Positions 36,870 through 49,463 of a stretch of DNA of 64,000 nucleotides are shown here, in pieces (the stretch's first letter is position 1; every line of letters begins with the position of its first letter). Where the stretch lies: the NCBI RefSeq assembly GCF_004010195.1, contig NC_057718.1, positions 77,268,202 to 77,332,201 on the forward strand, given 5' to 3'. A program made the translations under genes and the position numbers. Below the pieces are notes generated by a model. That model worked only from the letters and a program-made list of their open reading frames with translations, was not told the origin of the DNA and made no database searches. The DNA is from Chiloscyllium plagiosum. Its lineage: Eukaryota.

Positions 36870-37740
36870 AATTTGAGTGCTCCTGGATCCAGAGCAAACA
36901 CATCTGCACTAAGTGTTCGGTGCCTCAAAGATCTTAGTATTAGACTTTTGAGCTGCAGACATTGTGGTACATAAGGGTGGGGGAATGTTACCTGGATGCT
37001 TTGTATCAGGAGGCAGTCACATCCTTAGAATAGGGTTTTCTGATTTAGTGAGTGTTCAAAAACGGGGTTTATGATTTCTAATGAGGTAGGTAAAGGGTAC
37101 CAGAGGGCAGAAGTTTAGCAATCTAAGCTTTTGCAATTGCCCAACATGTTTCAGGTTCTTTCAACTTGTTAAGATGAAAGTGTGCGACAGAGTGGATGAC
37201 CAAACTGACTTAGTCATTATGATATAGGAAGCCATTCAAGTTGGGCATTCGGGGCACCAGGGAAAAGGAATGTCATGCTTGTATTGGAGGCAGCATAAGT
37301 GGGAAGGAAGATGGATTTAGCACTATTCCTGCAGCATAGAGCAAGAGTTCAGACGGCTATGTTGTCTGCTGAAAAGGAGCCTACGGTGGGAGGGGGAGAA
37401 TGCAATCATTATGGCCTATGTAGGTACCAATGTCCGAAGCAGGACAAGGAAAGAGGCTCTGCGTAGTCAATATGAAGAGCTAGTTTCCAAATTAAGAAGC
37501 AGAACTTAAAAGGTATAATAATGCTTGCATTATCGCTGAAACCATGTGTAAATTGGCATAGAGCAAAGAAAATCACAGAAATAAAAGCATGTCTCGATAA
37601 TTGATATGTGAGAAATGGGTCCCATTCATAGGGACTGGCACCCATACTGCGGAATGTGAAGACTGTCCATTGGGGCAGTCTGCACCTGAGCCACACTAGG
37701 GTCATAGTAAGCTGTATAATAAGGAAGTTGTGAGGGTTTT
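36870..37740 (+). mobile_element. Decayed CR1 ORF1 (esterase-like) region
   Basis: VGTN-like motif at ~37420 and GSLHLSH (cf. DGLHL) at ~37675; continuation toward ORF2 at 41300-41830. Confidence 0.55.
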
Positions 37741-37741
37741 A

Positions 37742-38715
37742 CACAAACCTGACTGCCCCGGCCGACCCATTGTCTCCGCCTGCTCCTGCCCCACCGAACT
37801 CATCTCCGCATACCTTGACACCGTCCTGTCCCCCTTAGTCCAAGAACTCCCCACCTACGTTCGGGACACCACCCATGCCCTCCACCTGCTCCATGATTTT
37901 CGCTTCCCCGGTCCCCAACGCCTTATTTTCACCATGGACATCCAGTCCCTGTACACCTCCATCCCCCATCACGAAGGACTCAAATTCCTCTGCTTCTTTC
38001 TGCAAGGACCGCAATTTCCCCCCCGACGTGGTCGACGATGCCCTCCACCGCATCTCTTCCACTTCCCGCTCCTCCGCCCTTGAACCCCGCCCCTCCAACC
38101 GCCACCAGGACAGAACCCCACTGGTCCTCACCTACCACCCCACCAACCTCCATGTACAGCGCATCATCCGCCGTCACTTCCGCCACCTCCAAACAGACCC
38201 AAGCACCAAGGATATATTTCCCTCCCCTCCCCTATCAGCTTTCCGTAGAGACCACTACCTCCGCGACTCCCTTGTCAGATCCACACCCCCCACCGACCCA
38301 ACCTAACCACAACAACCCGACGGTCGGAGGAGGAGCGTCTTATCTTCCGACTGGGAACCCTCCAACCGCAGGGGATGAACTTGGACCTCACCAGTTTCTT
38401 CATCCCCCCTCCCCCCACCTTGTCTCACCCGGATCCCTCCAGCCCGGCACCGCCTTCCTGACCTGCAGTCTTCTTCTTGACCTCTCCGCCTCCACCCTAC
38501 TCCGACCTATCACCCTCACCTTGACCTCTTTCCACCTATCACATTCCCAACTCCCCTCCTCCAAGTCCCTCCTCCCTACCTTTTATCTTCTCCTGCTGAA
38601 CACTCTCTGCTCATTCCTGAAGAAGGGCCTGTGCCCGAAACGTCGAATCTCCTGTTCCCTGGATGCTGCCTGACCTGCTGTGCTGTTCCAGCAATAAAGT
38701 TTCAACTTTGATCCC
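37742..38715 (+). mobile_element. Penelope-like element, internally deleted, with an intact pLTR hammerhead
   Basis: HKPDCPGRPIVSAC, FTMDIQSLYTSIPH and RTPLVLTYHP motifs; 3' pLTR. Confidence 0.9.
38613..38648 (+). ncRNA. Minimal type I hammerhead ribozyme motif (Penelope pLTR)
   Basis: AUUC-CUGAAGA-A-GGGC(CUGU)GCCC-GAAAC-GUC-GAAU: stem I AUUC/GAAU, stem II, palindromic ACGU stem III. Predicted cut after 38644. Confidence 0.7.
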
Positions 38716-38894
38716 CAGGACTGACCATGGTCCACTCCCTGGACTACAGTGACAGAGACCTTCAGACCCTGACTGCGATCAGGCTCTGGGATTGATCTCA
38801 GACAGTATCCTTGACTTCCTGTAATTAACTGAAGGGTGTCTCATTTGATTTGAGTCAGGGCAACTACCCTTAGACTTTGAGACATGGCTATTCA

Positions 38895-39170
38895 ACATAG
38901 AACATAGAACATGACGCCACAGTACAGGCCCTTGATGTTGCGCCACCTTGTGAATCCGATCTGAAGCCCATCTAACTTACACTATTCCATTATCATCCAT
39001 ATGTCCATCCAATGACCTAGGATAAATCCCATCCAGTCGAGGGGATAAATCCAGTTTCACACTTTCCAGAATTGCTAACCCCTCCTCCTTATAAACCTCA
39101 ATTCCGTCTAGTCTAATAGCCTGTAACTCAGTATTCTCCTCAACAACATTGTCTTTTTCCTTTGTGAATG
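38895..39170 (-). mobile_element. Short internally deleted CR1 fragment
   Basis: aacatagaacatag tail; SPRLDGIYPR joined directly to the 3' end. Confidence 0.75.
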
Positions 39171-40439
39171 AATTAATTGAGGTGCATGCAATGCGTTTAC
39201 CATGAATGCTGCTGGCACATGCGTTAGATTTTGGATTGATGTTGCATTGATGATGTCGAGCAACATGTTGATCTCCATGACTGATGACAATTGACAACCA
39301 CGACAAGCAGCTTGGCTTTATATCTGCCTTAAAAGTCAAGACTAAAGAATACCATGACTATTTAAGCTCTGGCTGAGGGCAAAGTGCAAAAAGACAAGGC
39401 TATCCAGGGATACTGCCAGCCTCCAAATCAGTTCAATACGAGTGAACGTCAACGGAGCAAGTGAGAATCCCTGCGATGCAGCATATTCCATTAAATAAGA
39501 AAGGTGGTTATATCTGCACTAAAATACCTAGTTGCAGCACTCAAACATATACTACTGAATTACAGGACTACATTGTAAGTGATGTGCCAGACAGAACTAT
39601 GCCATGATGGTACAGTCAAGCTGGTACATGTTCCAATGCCAAGGTCCATGCAGGAGGCTGCATGAGGATGCTGCCCTTTGAGCACACCCTGAGATATTGG
39701 TGACTGCTGTCAATGCTGCAAGGCCAGAGAAGCAAGTGGTGAGCCGGAGTTGCCAGGAAACCACTCTGACATTTGCATCGGGAATTGTCAATATCTAGTT
39801 TCTATCGGCAGGTGGGGGAAACAGGAAACTGCATACCGATGAAGTGAGATTAACTAGAAATCAGATGTTAATACATGCTGATGCATGCAAATAGGCTTCT
39901 TGCTGCTCACGAATGAGAATCTTGTTTCGCCATTCAACACATGGTTGGAAAATGGGTCTTTTGCCCTTGATGTTGAGAAACTCCTTAATGTCGATGTCAT
40001 GTGATTTTCCCATCTTTCTTGACAAGGCCCGTATTGATTAGTGTTTTGGGAAGATTCCACTGGTGAGTTAGAATTCTAAAAGAGGAGCACAATAAAAGCC
40101 TTAAAATATTATTGCCAAACAGTCTTGTTTTGATATATTTCTTCTGCAGTTTGTACTGCCATTTTAGGAATGCTTGAACTACTCGATCTTTGTTTACTTG
40201 GAATCATGCAGTTTCCTTCAAGGTGAAAGGCAGCACTTTGCAGGGGAGTCCAACAGCTCTGTCTAATTGGAAGTCATGTGGAGTTACGAGAAACTTACTT
40301 CTCTGTCAAGTTCAACCGTTTTGCTACAGTGCTTATAGAACATTTTAATCCCAGAAGCTAAATGTAGGGTAGTGCAAATCGTAACCCACCCTGTCCCTTC
40401 TGTCACAACTTCCTCATGAGAAATGTGTTAGCTTTGTGC

Positions 40440-40855
40440 TGACTTTCACTGAGTTGACAGCAGTCATATCTCTGAGTTAGAAGGTCATCAGGTCAGGTCC
40501 CACTCTAGAATTGTGCATATGATCCACTGAAGTGTAACAATAAGAGATTCCTATACTACTTGAGTTTTGTTTGTTGAATGTTAAACCCACCTAAACCTCA
40601 CAAGAGGATATAAAAAAAAAACCCATGGAATCATTTAAGGAAAAGAAAGTGAGTTCTTTTGTTGACCTGCCCATCATTTAGCTCTTAATTAATATCACAG
40701 AAACATAAAGCTATCCAGTTGTGGGATCTTGCTGTGCTATAACTGGCACCTGCATCTCTCTGCATTATGAAAACTCGAGACAAATTGTTTGGCTGTGAAG
40801 CTGTTTGGGATCAACTGATGGTGTGAAGGACAATGTACAAATGTTAAGTTCTTCA
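40440..40855 (+). mobile_element. Deu-domain SINE (SacSINE1/AmnSINE1-like), decayed
   Basis: tctgagttagaaggt head, cccatgg..atttaaggaa, ttgtgggatcttgctgtgc, ttggctgtgaagctgtttggga and aaatgttaagttctt tail, recognised from memory of the family. Confidence 0.6.
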
Positions 40856-41069
40856 TCCTCTGAGAAAGATTAAAGTTTGAAGAAATAAATTTGAAAACAC
40901 CATGTTGTGTCTCTCTTCATATTTCAGTAAGGCATCAAGGATCTGCTGCAAGACGCTTTGTTTTGGAATTAATTTTCTCTTGTGAAATTCTTCTCCTATT
41001 GCAGATGCATCATGAGAATAAACTGTTATTAAATTTAGTTACTATCTTAAACAGGCTTGTTCGAAAATC

Positions 41070-41300
41070 TCCTCCACTGACCCCACCCCAGTCTGACCTA
41101 TCACTCTCACCTTGACCTCTTTCCACCTATCACATTTCCGACGCCCCTCCCCCAAGTCCCTCCTCCCTATCTTTTATCTTAGCCTGCTGGACCAACTTTC
41201 CTCATTCCTGAAGAAGGGCTAATGCCCGAAACGTCGATTCTCCTGTTCCCTAGATGCTGCCTGACCTGCTGCGCTTTTCCAGCAACACATTTCCATCTCT
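41070..41300 (+). mobile_element. Penelope pLTR fragment with intact hammerhead core (~41204-41238)
   Basis: cattcctgaagaagggctaatgcccgaaacgtcgattc; homologous to 38490-38700. Confidence 0.85.
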
Positions 41301-41831
41301 TTTAAACTAAATAGTCAAGGCAAGGGATCAAATTTGGGAAGATTTAGTTAATCCATGAGAAGAGACAAAGCATGAAAAAAAATACTTAGATAGGCAACTA
41401 TAAACTGACTGTGATTGGAAGGGGTAGAGAGTACAAATCTAAGAGCAAATCAACAGGTAAGCTAGAGGCTTCAAAATTATAAAAAAGTAAGACTAAAGGC
41501 CCTCTACCTGAATGTACATAGCATTCGAAACAAAATAGATGAATTGATAGCTCTTGGAGAGATAAATAAATATGCTCTGAAAGCAATCACAGAGACATGA
41601 TGGCTTAATGATGTAGATTGGGATCCAAATATTAAAGAATACCTGACATTTAGGAAGGAAAGGAAGATAGAAAAGCTGAAGACATGGCTGTGTTAATTAA
41701 TTATGGTATTAGTGGAACAGAGACAGATGTTTCAAGTTGAGGAAACCAGAAAGTAACACTGTTTAGGTAGAGATGAGAAATGAATGAAGACAAGAAGTCA
41801 TTGTGTGAATGAAGTACAGGCCCCCTATCAG

Positions 41832-42644
41832 AAGTCTTTCAATGAGAATGCAAGTTATGGGAATAGACTCAAAATATACCTTTTATTTACAGTGCAAAAA
41901 AAACACAAGGTCACAAAAGCACAAAGCAAAATAACAGAACAAAGAACCGAAAACATCAGAAAATCAAATCCAGAAAATCAAATAAGAAAATCACAAAAAT
42001 CAGAACAACAATGAAAATAATGTATTATACCACAGGCTTTACAATGACAGGCATGTGACTCAATCATATTTAAACTTCTAAGTTTTTGAAACTTTTATAC
42101 TATTTTCTGAGTAAATTTTACCAGAACTGACAATAAATTAGAAACTTCTCATTACAGGTAAAAGAATATTGACTTTTGATCAGTTCCAACACCATTATGT
42201 AGTTTAACACATTCCAGTTAAAATTGCTGTATCTTAACAAAGGGCATAGATAGAGAGAGATTGGTGTTTAATCATTTGTTGTCTGGTTTGAATTCTTTTA
42301 TGAACTAATTTAGTTCTATAATTGTGGATAAAACAATATGAGATCCAGAATTGTTTTACCTGTGGTTTACAGAGTTGAATCAAATGTCAAATATGGTCAT
42401 CTGATCTCGAAAGTTGCCATTGTTTTATCTATGGCTTACAGAATATTCTTCAAATGTATGTACTAGCTATGACTGTTCTACTGTTCAAATATTTTTATCT
42501 TGAAAATGTTAATTTTACTATCTGTTGGTTTAAGTTGACAGAAGAAAAAATGTTGTCGTCAGCAATATTTGCGAGCAGCCATCTTTTGCTATTCAGTGAT
42601 GGACAAGATGTCAGCCATCTTATGCTACTTAGTGAAAGCTGGCT
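41832..42644. repeat. Unclassified ~810-bp insertion in CR1 endonuclease sequence
   Basis: 7-bp TSD ctatcag (41825-41831, 42645-42651); homologous to 15800-16915. Confidence 0.65.
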
Positions 42645-44029
42645 CTATCAGTAACCATATAGTAGGATTGAGTATAAAGGAAGCAATGGTGGGTGCTTGT
42701 CAGAAGATTATGATGATAATAATGGGGGTTTTAATTTATATGTGTTTTTATTCACTTAAGGAACATGGGCATTGCAGGTAGACAAGTCAGATTTCAAACA
42801 GGAATCTGGCTTCACGGATCATATTTTTATTAGTTGTGGTTGAAACAAAGTAGTCTCTCACTGAAATATCTGAAAGCTCTCACTGAAAGCAACTATGCTG
42901 CAGATTTTGCTTTAATAATAAAACAGGAATTATTAACAAAAGAAATGAAGATGAAATAGAATAAACCAAATCATCTACTTATAACACCAATTCAAATATT
43001 TTAAACATGCAGTAAAACTGAAAGAAACAAAACAGCTTTTGTGAATTACGCAAAACAAGCCCTCATATGGTCCCCCAAACACCACTGATACAATACTCAC
43101 TCCAGATCCACCATGTCTTACACCTCAGTAGATTTAAGTGACCTGTGACTTCAGTTTTTATACTGGAACTTCTTCCTGGTATTTTTGCACATCTGCTTAA
43201 ATGCACTCAGATTTAAAAGATCTTTTCAAGGTTTTATCTTGACATCACTGGGATAAACTCCTGGTATGGCACAAGCACTAACTCCTCACTCTAAGGCAAG
43301 CCAATACAGTATATATTCTTCCCTTCTCAGGAGCATAGATCTATACAGCTATCCTACTACAAAAACTTCATAGGACTGCTCCACTCAAAGTAAGACTTTA
43401 AGCTAAAATTTGCCTTTCTAAGACATGGATGTTTCCCTCAAGCTTAAAGCAAAATCCAGAAATCTTGAACAAACCTAAGGCCCTGATATTTACATTGTAG
43501 GGTTGCAAAACAATCTCAAACAAACAAAAATCCATTTGTGATGCACAAAACATATTCAATGCTGAAGTACTGTTTTAAAAGAAATCACCATGGCTATAGA
43601 AATAGTTACAAGTTGAATATTCAGTTCATAAGCCCAAATGAACAACAAATGATTTTAAATATGTAGTGTAAATCTCACAGTTTACATCACATGACTTTTC
43701 AGATTTCCGAATGCACAGAATAGATACCTCTCAACAAGAGGGCAGGATTTCAAGGGGGAGGATCCACCATCTTATGGTAAACTAAAATAGTTAAAGATGA
43801 TAAAAACTTTAAAGATAACATATGGTAAAATGGTAGACAGGTTAAAATGTTGATAAAAGATTAGACGAAAGAATACAAGAACAGCAGTTGTATCTGAGTC
43901 TGGCTGTATTGAAGGATTGATCACTACACAACTGTTATGAAAACAAAGTCCTATCTTTATATTGAGGTTACCCCCCCATAATGTTGTGTGGCACTATATG
44001 GACTTCAGTGGTGAATGAACTAAAAAAGA

Positions 44030-45570
44030 CTACCACACAACCTAGCTTCTTAGAACTGGGCATCAATGAGCTGCTGTGGGCCATCAGCAGCCGCAGAATT
44101 ATACTCTCGCATCTATAATCTCATAGTCTGACATATCCTGCACTCTACCATTACCAACAAACTAGCAGATCAACCCTGGTTCAATGACGAGTGTAGGTAA
44201 GCATACCAGGGGAAGCAAAAATGAAATGCAAACCTGGTGATGCTATATCACAGGACTACTTGAGTGCCAAACAGAATATACAGCAAAAGATAGAGCCAAG
44301 AGATTTCACAACCATTAGATCAGCTCTAAGATCTGTAAGCTCTATATATGGTAGTAAGTGATGGGCAATTAATTCACTAGAGGAGGATACTCCACATATT
44401 CCGAATATTCTCATTCTCAATGATGGGGGAGCCCAACACATCAGTGCAAAAATAAGTCTGAAATATTTGCAAATATCTTGCCAAAGATGCCAGTGAATGA
44501 TACACCTCTGCCTTCTTCAAGGTTCTCAGCATCATAGGTGCCAGTCTTCAGTCAGTTTGAATCACTCCATATGTCATGAAATGGCTGGAGGCACTGGATA
44601 CTGCAAAAACTATGGACCCTGGCAAATTATTAGCAATAATACTAAAGATCTATGCTCTAGAACAAGCCGTGCCTCTATCCAGTTGTTCCAGTACAATTAC
44701 AACACTGGTATCTACTCAGTAGTGCAGAAAATTGTGCAAATATGTCCTGTACTCAAAAATCAGGACACATCCAACCTGTTCACTAACTACCCCACAAATC
44801 TAAATTAAATCATGAAGTGATGGAAGAGTCATTAACAGTGCTATCAAACAGTTGTTGCTTAGCAATTAACTGCTCACTGAAGCTGTTTGGTTTCCACCAA
44901 GCATGCACAAAGGAACTGAACTTCAGAGAGTGGTGAGAATAACTGCCTAGGTTCTGCTGCATTTGGACATAGACTGGAACATTTGAGCTGCCCAAGTACA
45001 GGCAATGACCATCTCAAGTAAGGAAACCTAACTATTGCCCTTTGACATTCAACGAAAAAACCATGACATTCTCCACTATCAACATCCTGGGAACCACTAT
45101 TGACCAAAACTGAACTGGAGCAGCCATAAAAATACTGTAATTATAAGAGCAGGTCATAGGCTAAAACTATTACAGCATGTAGTTCACCTCCTGATTCTCC
45201 AAAGTCTGTCCACCATCTACAAGACACAAATCAGGAATGTGATGAAATACTCCCAGTTGTTTGGATGAGTGTAACTCCAACAACTTTCAAGAAACTTCAT
45301 ACTACTTAGGATAAAGGAGCCCACTTGATTTGTACTATATTCATAAACATTCACTCCTTCCATCACTAACACACATTAGCAGCAGTGTGTACCGTGAATA
45401 TGATGGTATTCACCACGACTGCTCAGGCAGAATCTTCCAAACCCATGACCACTACCATCTAGAAGGACAAGTGCAGCAGATATATTAGATCGCCACCAAC
45501 TGCCAGTACTTCTCCATTACAGTCACCATCCTGATGTGGAAACATATCACTATTTCTTTACCATCACTGG
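44030..45570 (+). mobile_element. Decayed CR1/L2-group LINE ORF2
   Basis: DQPWFN, IPNILILNDG, ICPVLK and KSVHHLQDT (cf. LSTIYKAQ) fragments; 3' end shared with 35635-36190. Confidence 0.7.
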
Positions 45571-46235
45571 ATCAAAATCCTGGATGATGCCCATTCATCA
45601 GCACTGCTCTTTTGTTCTCTCCTCCTCACTGTGAGGACATTAGAGATTTTGTGATAGTGCTGTCAGATCATTAGTTCAGACTCCAGAATTTGACTTCTGG
45701 GGGTAGTGCTTGTTCTTCCATGACATAATAGCTTCTCACCAATGCTGCAGCACCACATCGGTCAACTAAGTTGCAGTTATTCTTCAGTGTGGCTTATCTT
45801 TAAGAAGTAGCCTGCCTTTTAGAATAGCAGATTAGGTGTGTCCTGATGTTTCTGAAAAGCTACTGGTCTTACCTCAGTTGAATGAAGAGGAAACTAGCTG
45901 TTTTAAGGAGTAGCCAGCGCTAAACCTACTTGCCAGATGCTACAATCACGTAATGAGGTAGATCCAACAAATTTTCAAGCTGTTCATACTCAATTAGAAT
46001 TGGCTTTTGCAGGCTGCAGACCATGAACCCTGTGTCTGAAAGTCAGAATAACCAAATTTCGCGTCCACAGTTTCAAGTTCACGTATATGGAAAAACAGGA
46101 AGCAAGATACAGGCACCCCTGAACCAAGGTTTGCACTTGAGTAAATGTATGCACGAGTGGAGGGGAAAGCATCAAGAAAGAAAATGTTTTTAAAATGACA
46201 GTTTAAAATAATTAACATGTTTTGAACTTTTGTAG

Positions 46236-46320
46236 ATTTATTACTATGCCGATGCAAAGACGACTCATACTACATACCCAAATGGAATGGAGATGTTACA
46301 GTTTCCTAATAACCAGATAG
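46236..46320 (+). CDS. CENPJ: CENPJ-family gene, TCP exon ([28 protein letters not shown])
   Basis: ttttgtag| acceptor, G|gtaggt donor, 85 bp, phase 0-1. IYYYA..TTHTTYP motif of CPAP. Confidence 0.95.
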
Positions 46321-46959
46321 GTAGGTGCCTTAATGAAGCTATAGTCAATTATGTCAAATTTATGCTGTATTGGAGAGACAAAGAATGATTTAATATCACT
46401 GAAAACAGATTCAGTTGGAAAATTAAAAATCTTGCTGTTTTGAAGATTTGGGGTTGATCATTGCTTTCCTTAGGGCTCATGCCTTACATTTTAGGTTTGC
46501 ACTCCATTTTTTTTGTGTGCCCTTTCTCTGCCCTTTCTCTCTTTAGTTCAAGAAAGATTGCCAATGGGTTGAAGGTGAATTCTGAGCTTTTCCTAAAACT
46601 GTAACTATTTTTATTGCCCTTTGCTGATACTCCATTTAATTGTCTGCATATCTTTAAGATCATCTGCATATTGACATCAGTTCCTGAACCAGCATGCTTC
46701 TTCCACATATCTAAGTATGTACCTGGAGCCATGAATAATTATCTTAATAAGCTGACTACAAAGAGATTGAGTTGAATGTTTGGTTCAAATTTACTGCTAT
46801 TACAAATATTTCAGGTTTAATCTGAATATGTATTGGAAGTTTAGATGTGTATGTCAAAAACTATTCAACTGTGTAATATCACACATCAAGGGAAACATTT
46901 ATAAAAAATGCACAGTGATTTGAAGCATCTTGAAACATAGTAACTGCTGTATGTTGATC

Positions 46960-47770
46960 ATCATCAGCAGCAATCATTCAATAACCCATGTCCAGGCAAG
47001 GTCTGGTCATTCCTTCTATTCCCAGTGTGGAGCATTTCATTGGTCTGGGGAACTATCTCTCATCTAAAGCTGATATCTATGTGAGATCCAACACTGCATC
47101 CAATCTGTGGGCACTGACTTTGGAAACCTAAGGATGAGAGTCTTCAACAGCCATGCCATCCATGTTACTAATATCCTTGTTTATCTTTGAGTTCTGATTC
47201 TTCTGTATGGCACCAAACCTTGGACTATGTTTAGATGCCACCTCAAAAACCTTGAGAAGTACCATCAATATTTTTAAAAATAAATTATCCACATCAGCTG
47301 GGAGGATAAACATACTAACATCAGCTTCCTTAAAGCAGCTAACAGCAGCAGCATTGCGGCCATTATTATTCAAAACCAACTCCACTGGGCCGGCCACGTG
47401 CTTAAGATATCTGAGTTCTGAACACAAAAGCAAATCTTACTCATCCACTGACGGAAGGCAGTTGAATGAGAGGAGTACAAAAGAAAGCATTTCAAAGGTT
47501 CCCTGAAGGCTTCCCTCAAGAAATGCAACATAGACGCCATTGCTTGGAAGATCCTCATTCAGTGGAAATTGTCTTGGAGTAACCTCCTGTACAATGGGAC
47601 ACAATTCTTTGTGAGTACCTGTCAGCAAGAGGAAGTATGGGAAAGGAACTGCAGAAAGAAATGCCAGCGATCTCAAGGTGAAGAACCAACTCTGCCTCCT
47701 GGAAACACTGCCAAGTGTGGCTCTCCAGCTCCAATTTAACATCTAAACCCAAAGGCAAGTTCACTGACAA
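46960..47770 (+). mobile_element. RTE-clade LINE 3' fragment
   Basis: Frameshifted TLEKYHQ..IIHISWEDKHTN, NQLHWAGHV and SLKASLKKCNID motifs. Confidence 0.8.
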
Positions 47771-48136
47771 CATCAAATATCCTCCTTACCATACTGAAAT
47801 TACAACCTGATTATGTGCTATCTCTCAAAGTGAAGTTTGAATCAACATCTACTATCTGCTAAGATATCTACCACTTAAACCAAGTTATTATTCTGACACC
47901 AACCTATCTGCATCTTATGTCCACGTTCATGCACTTCCAACAGGTGAAAACAAGGCCCCTCCCTTGCTGAGGGGGCTGTAATTGATGCCAAATATCATAA
48001 AATGGAAAATTGGCAGGTGAAGTTGCACATATTGGTCTTTACAATGCTGTTATTTCTTGAACTTTCTTTTAAAATGGTTTTCAAAAAACAATTTTCTTAT
48101 AATTTTGGTTGAATGTTGCTATTTTTTGTTTTACAG

Positions 48137-48257
48137 AAAAGCATTACCCTGATGGTAAGAAGGAAATAATATTTCCGGACCAGACAGTTAAACATCTTTT
48201 TCCTGATGGTCGGGAAGAGAGTATATTCCCTGATGGAACAATAGTGAATCTTCAAAA
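48137..48257 (+). CDS. CENPJ: CENPJ-family gene, TCP exon ([40 protein letters not shown])
   Basis: ttttacag| acceptor, AA|gtaagt donor, 121 bp, phase 1-2. PDG repeats of the G-box. Confidence 0.95.
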
Positions 48258-49273
48258 GTAAGTGTATTTCTCCCTTATTTTACCCTCAGGTTTGTGTATT
48301 TCTCCCATTTCACGATGGAAATTAATGTTTTTCTCTCTTATTCACTTAGGGTTGTTTTATTCACATACCTATTTCATGTACTTTCAATTCTTGTTTGAGA
48401 TACATTTTGCTCCTGTCTTCCGACCCAACTGGTCCAAATTACTCGATAGCTTTTCCTTGCCAACTCATTGTTCATTAGTTCTTATGTATATTCTTGTCCT
48501 GAAAATACTGATTGCTTCTTATGAAGTTATCATATTGTTTTAATACTATATTGATGATTAAATCATTTTCAAAATATTAATGGCAGACAAATGCATCTTA
48601 GAACACTGGAATGGTTACTTGTCCAGTTATCCACTTGGAAGTAAACAAATTCCACAACTTACATCCTTTCCTGTCAGATCCTGTAACCTGTCATTTCTAC
48701 TTTTCCAGAACTCCATTGGTTTTCTGTGATCCAGGAAACTAACTACATTAAACATCCTTGCTTTGCTTTAATTTCTCCATGCCATGCAATATAATACCTA
48801 AGCTCTCTAAAACAAAAATAGAAATTGCTGGAGAAACTCAGCAGGCCTGGCAGCATCTGCAGAGAGAAAGCAGAGTCAATGTTTTCAATGACCCATCTTC
48901 AGAACACCTCAGCTCTCTATTCTAGCCATACATCTTCACATTGGTTCTCCATTATTCTGATTACTGTCAGATTATTCTTTATTCACCACTCCCTCCATTG
49001 TTATTAATGGAATTGTCTTGGAGTAACCTCCTGTACAATGGGACACAATTCTTTGTGAGTATAGACTTATCAAGATTCTGGTTATTGTTTTTAAAATATT
49101 GGCTAAAACATTTAGCTGTAACAATACCAGATGGTGCCCCATAAAACAGCTATGGCAATATTAAATATTCAATGCACATAGAACCTCATTATCTTTCCCA
49201 AAAAGTTATTGCTTTGGTGTAAAATATGAAAATCACAATGTGTTCAGTTTCTGAATGTTTGATTCTTTCTAAG

Positions 49274-49463
49274 CAATGGAGATAAAACTATTGAATTCAA
49301 CAATGGACAGAGGGAGATCCACACATCACAGTATAAACGCAGGGAGTACCCTGATGGAACCATAAAGACTGTATATTCTAATGGGCGACAGGAAACAAAG
49401 TACTCCACAGGACGAGTCCGAATAAAAGACAAAGAAGGAAATATCATTCTTGATAAAAAGTGA
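49274..49463 (+). CDS. CENPJ: CENPJ-family gene, last coding exon ([62 protein letters not shown])
   Basis: ttctttctaag| acceptor, phase matches the previous exon, TGA at 49461-49463. Close similarity to the CPAP C-terminus. Confidence 0.95.

Noticed and set aside
42835..43691. TGTG...CACA-bounded segment as a solo LTR
   Set aside because: No TSD and no second copy in the window; plausible but unsupported.
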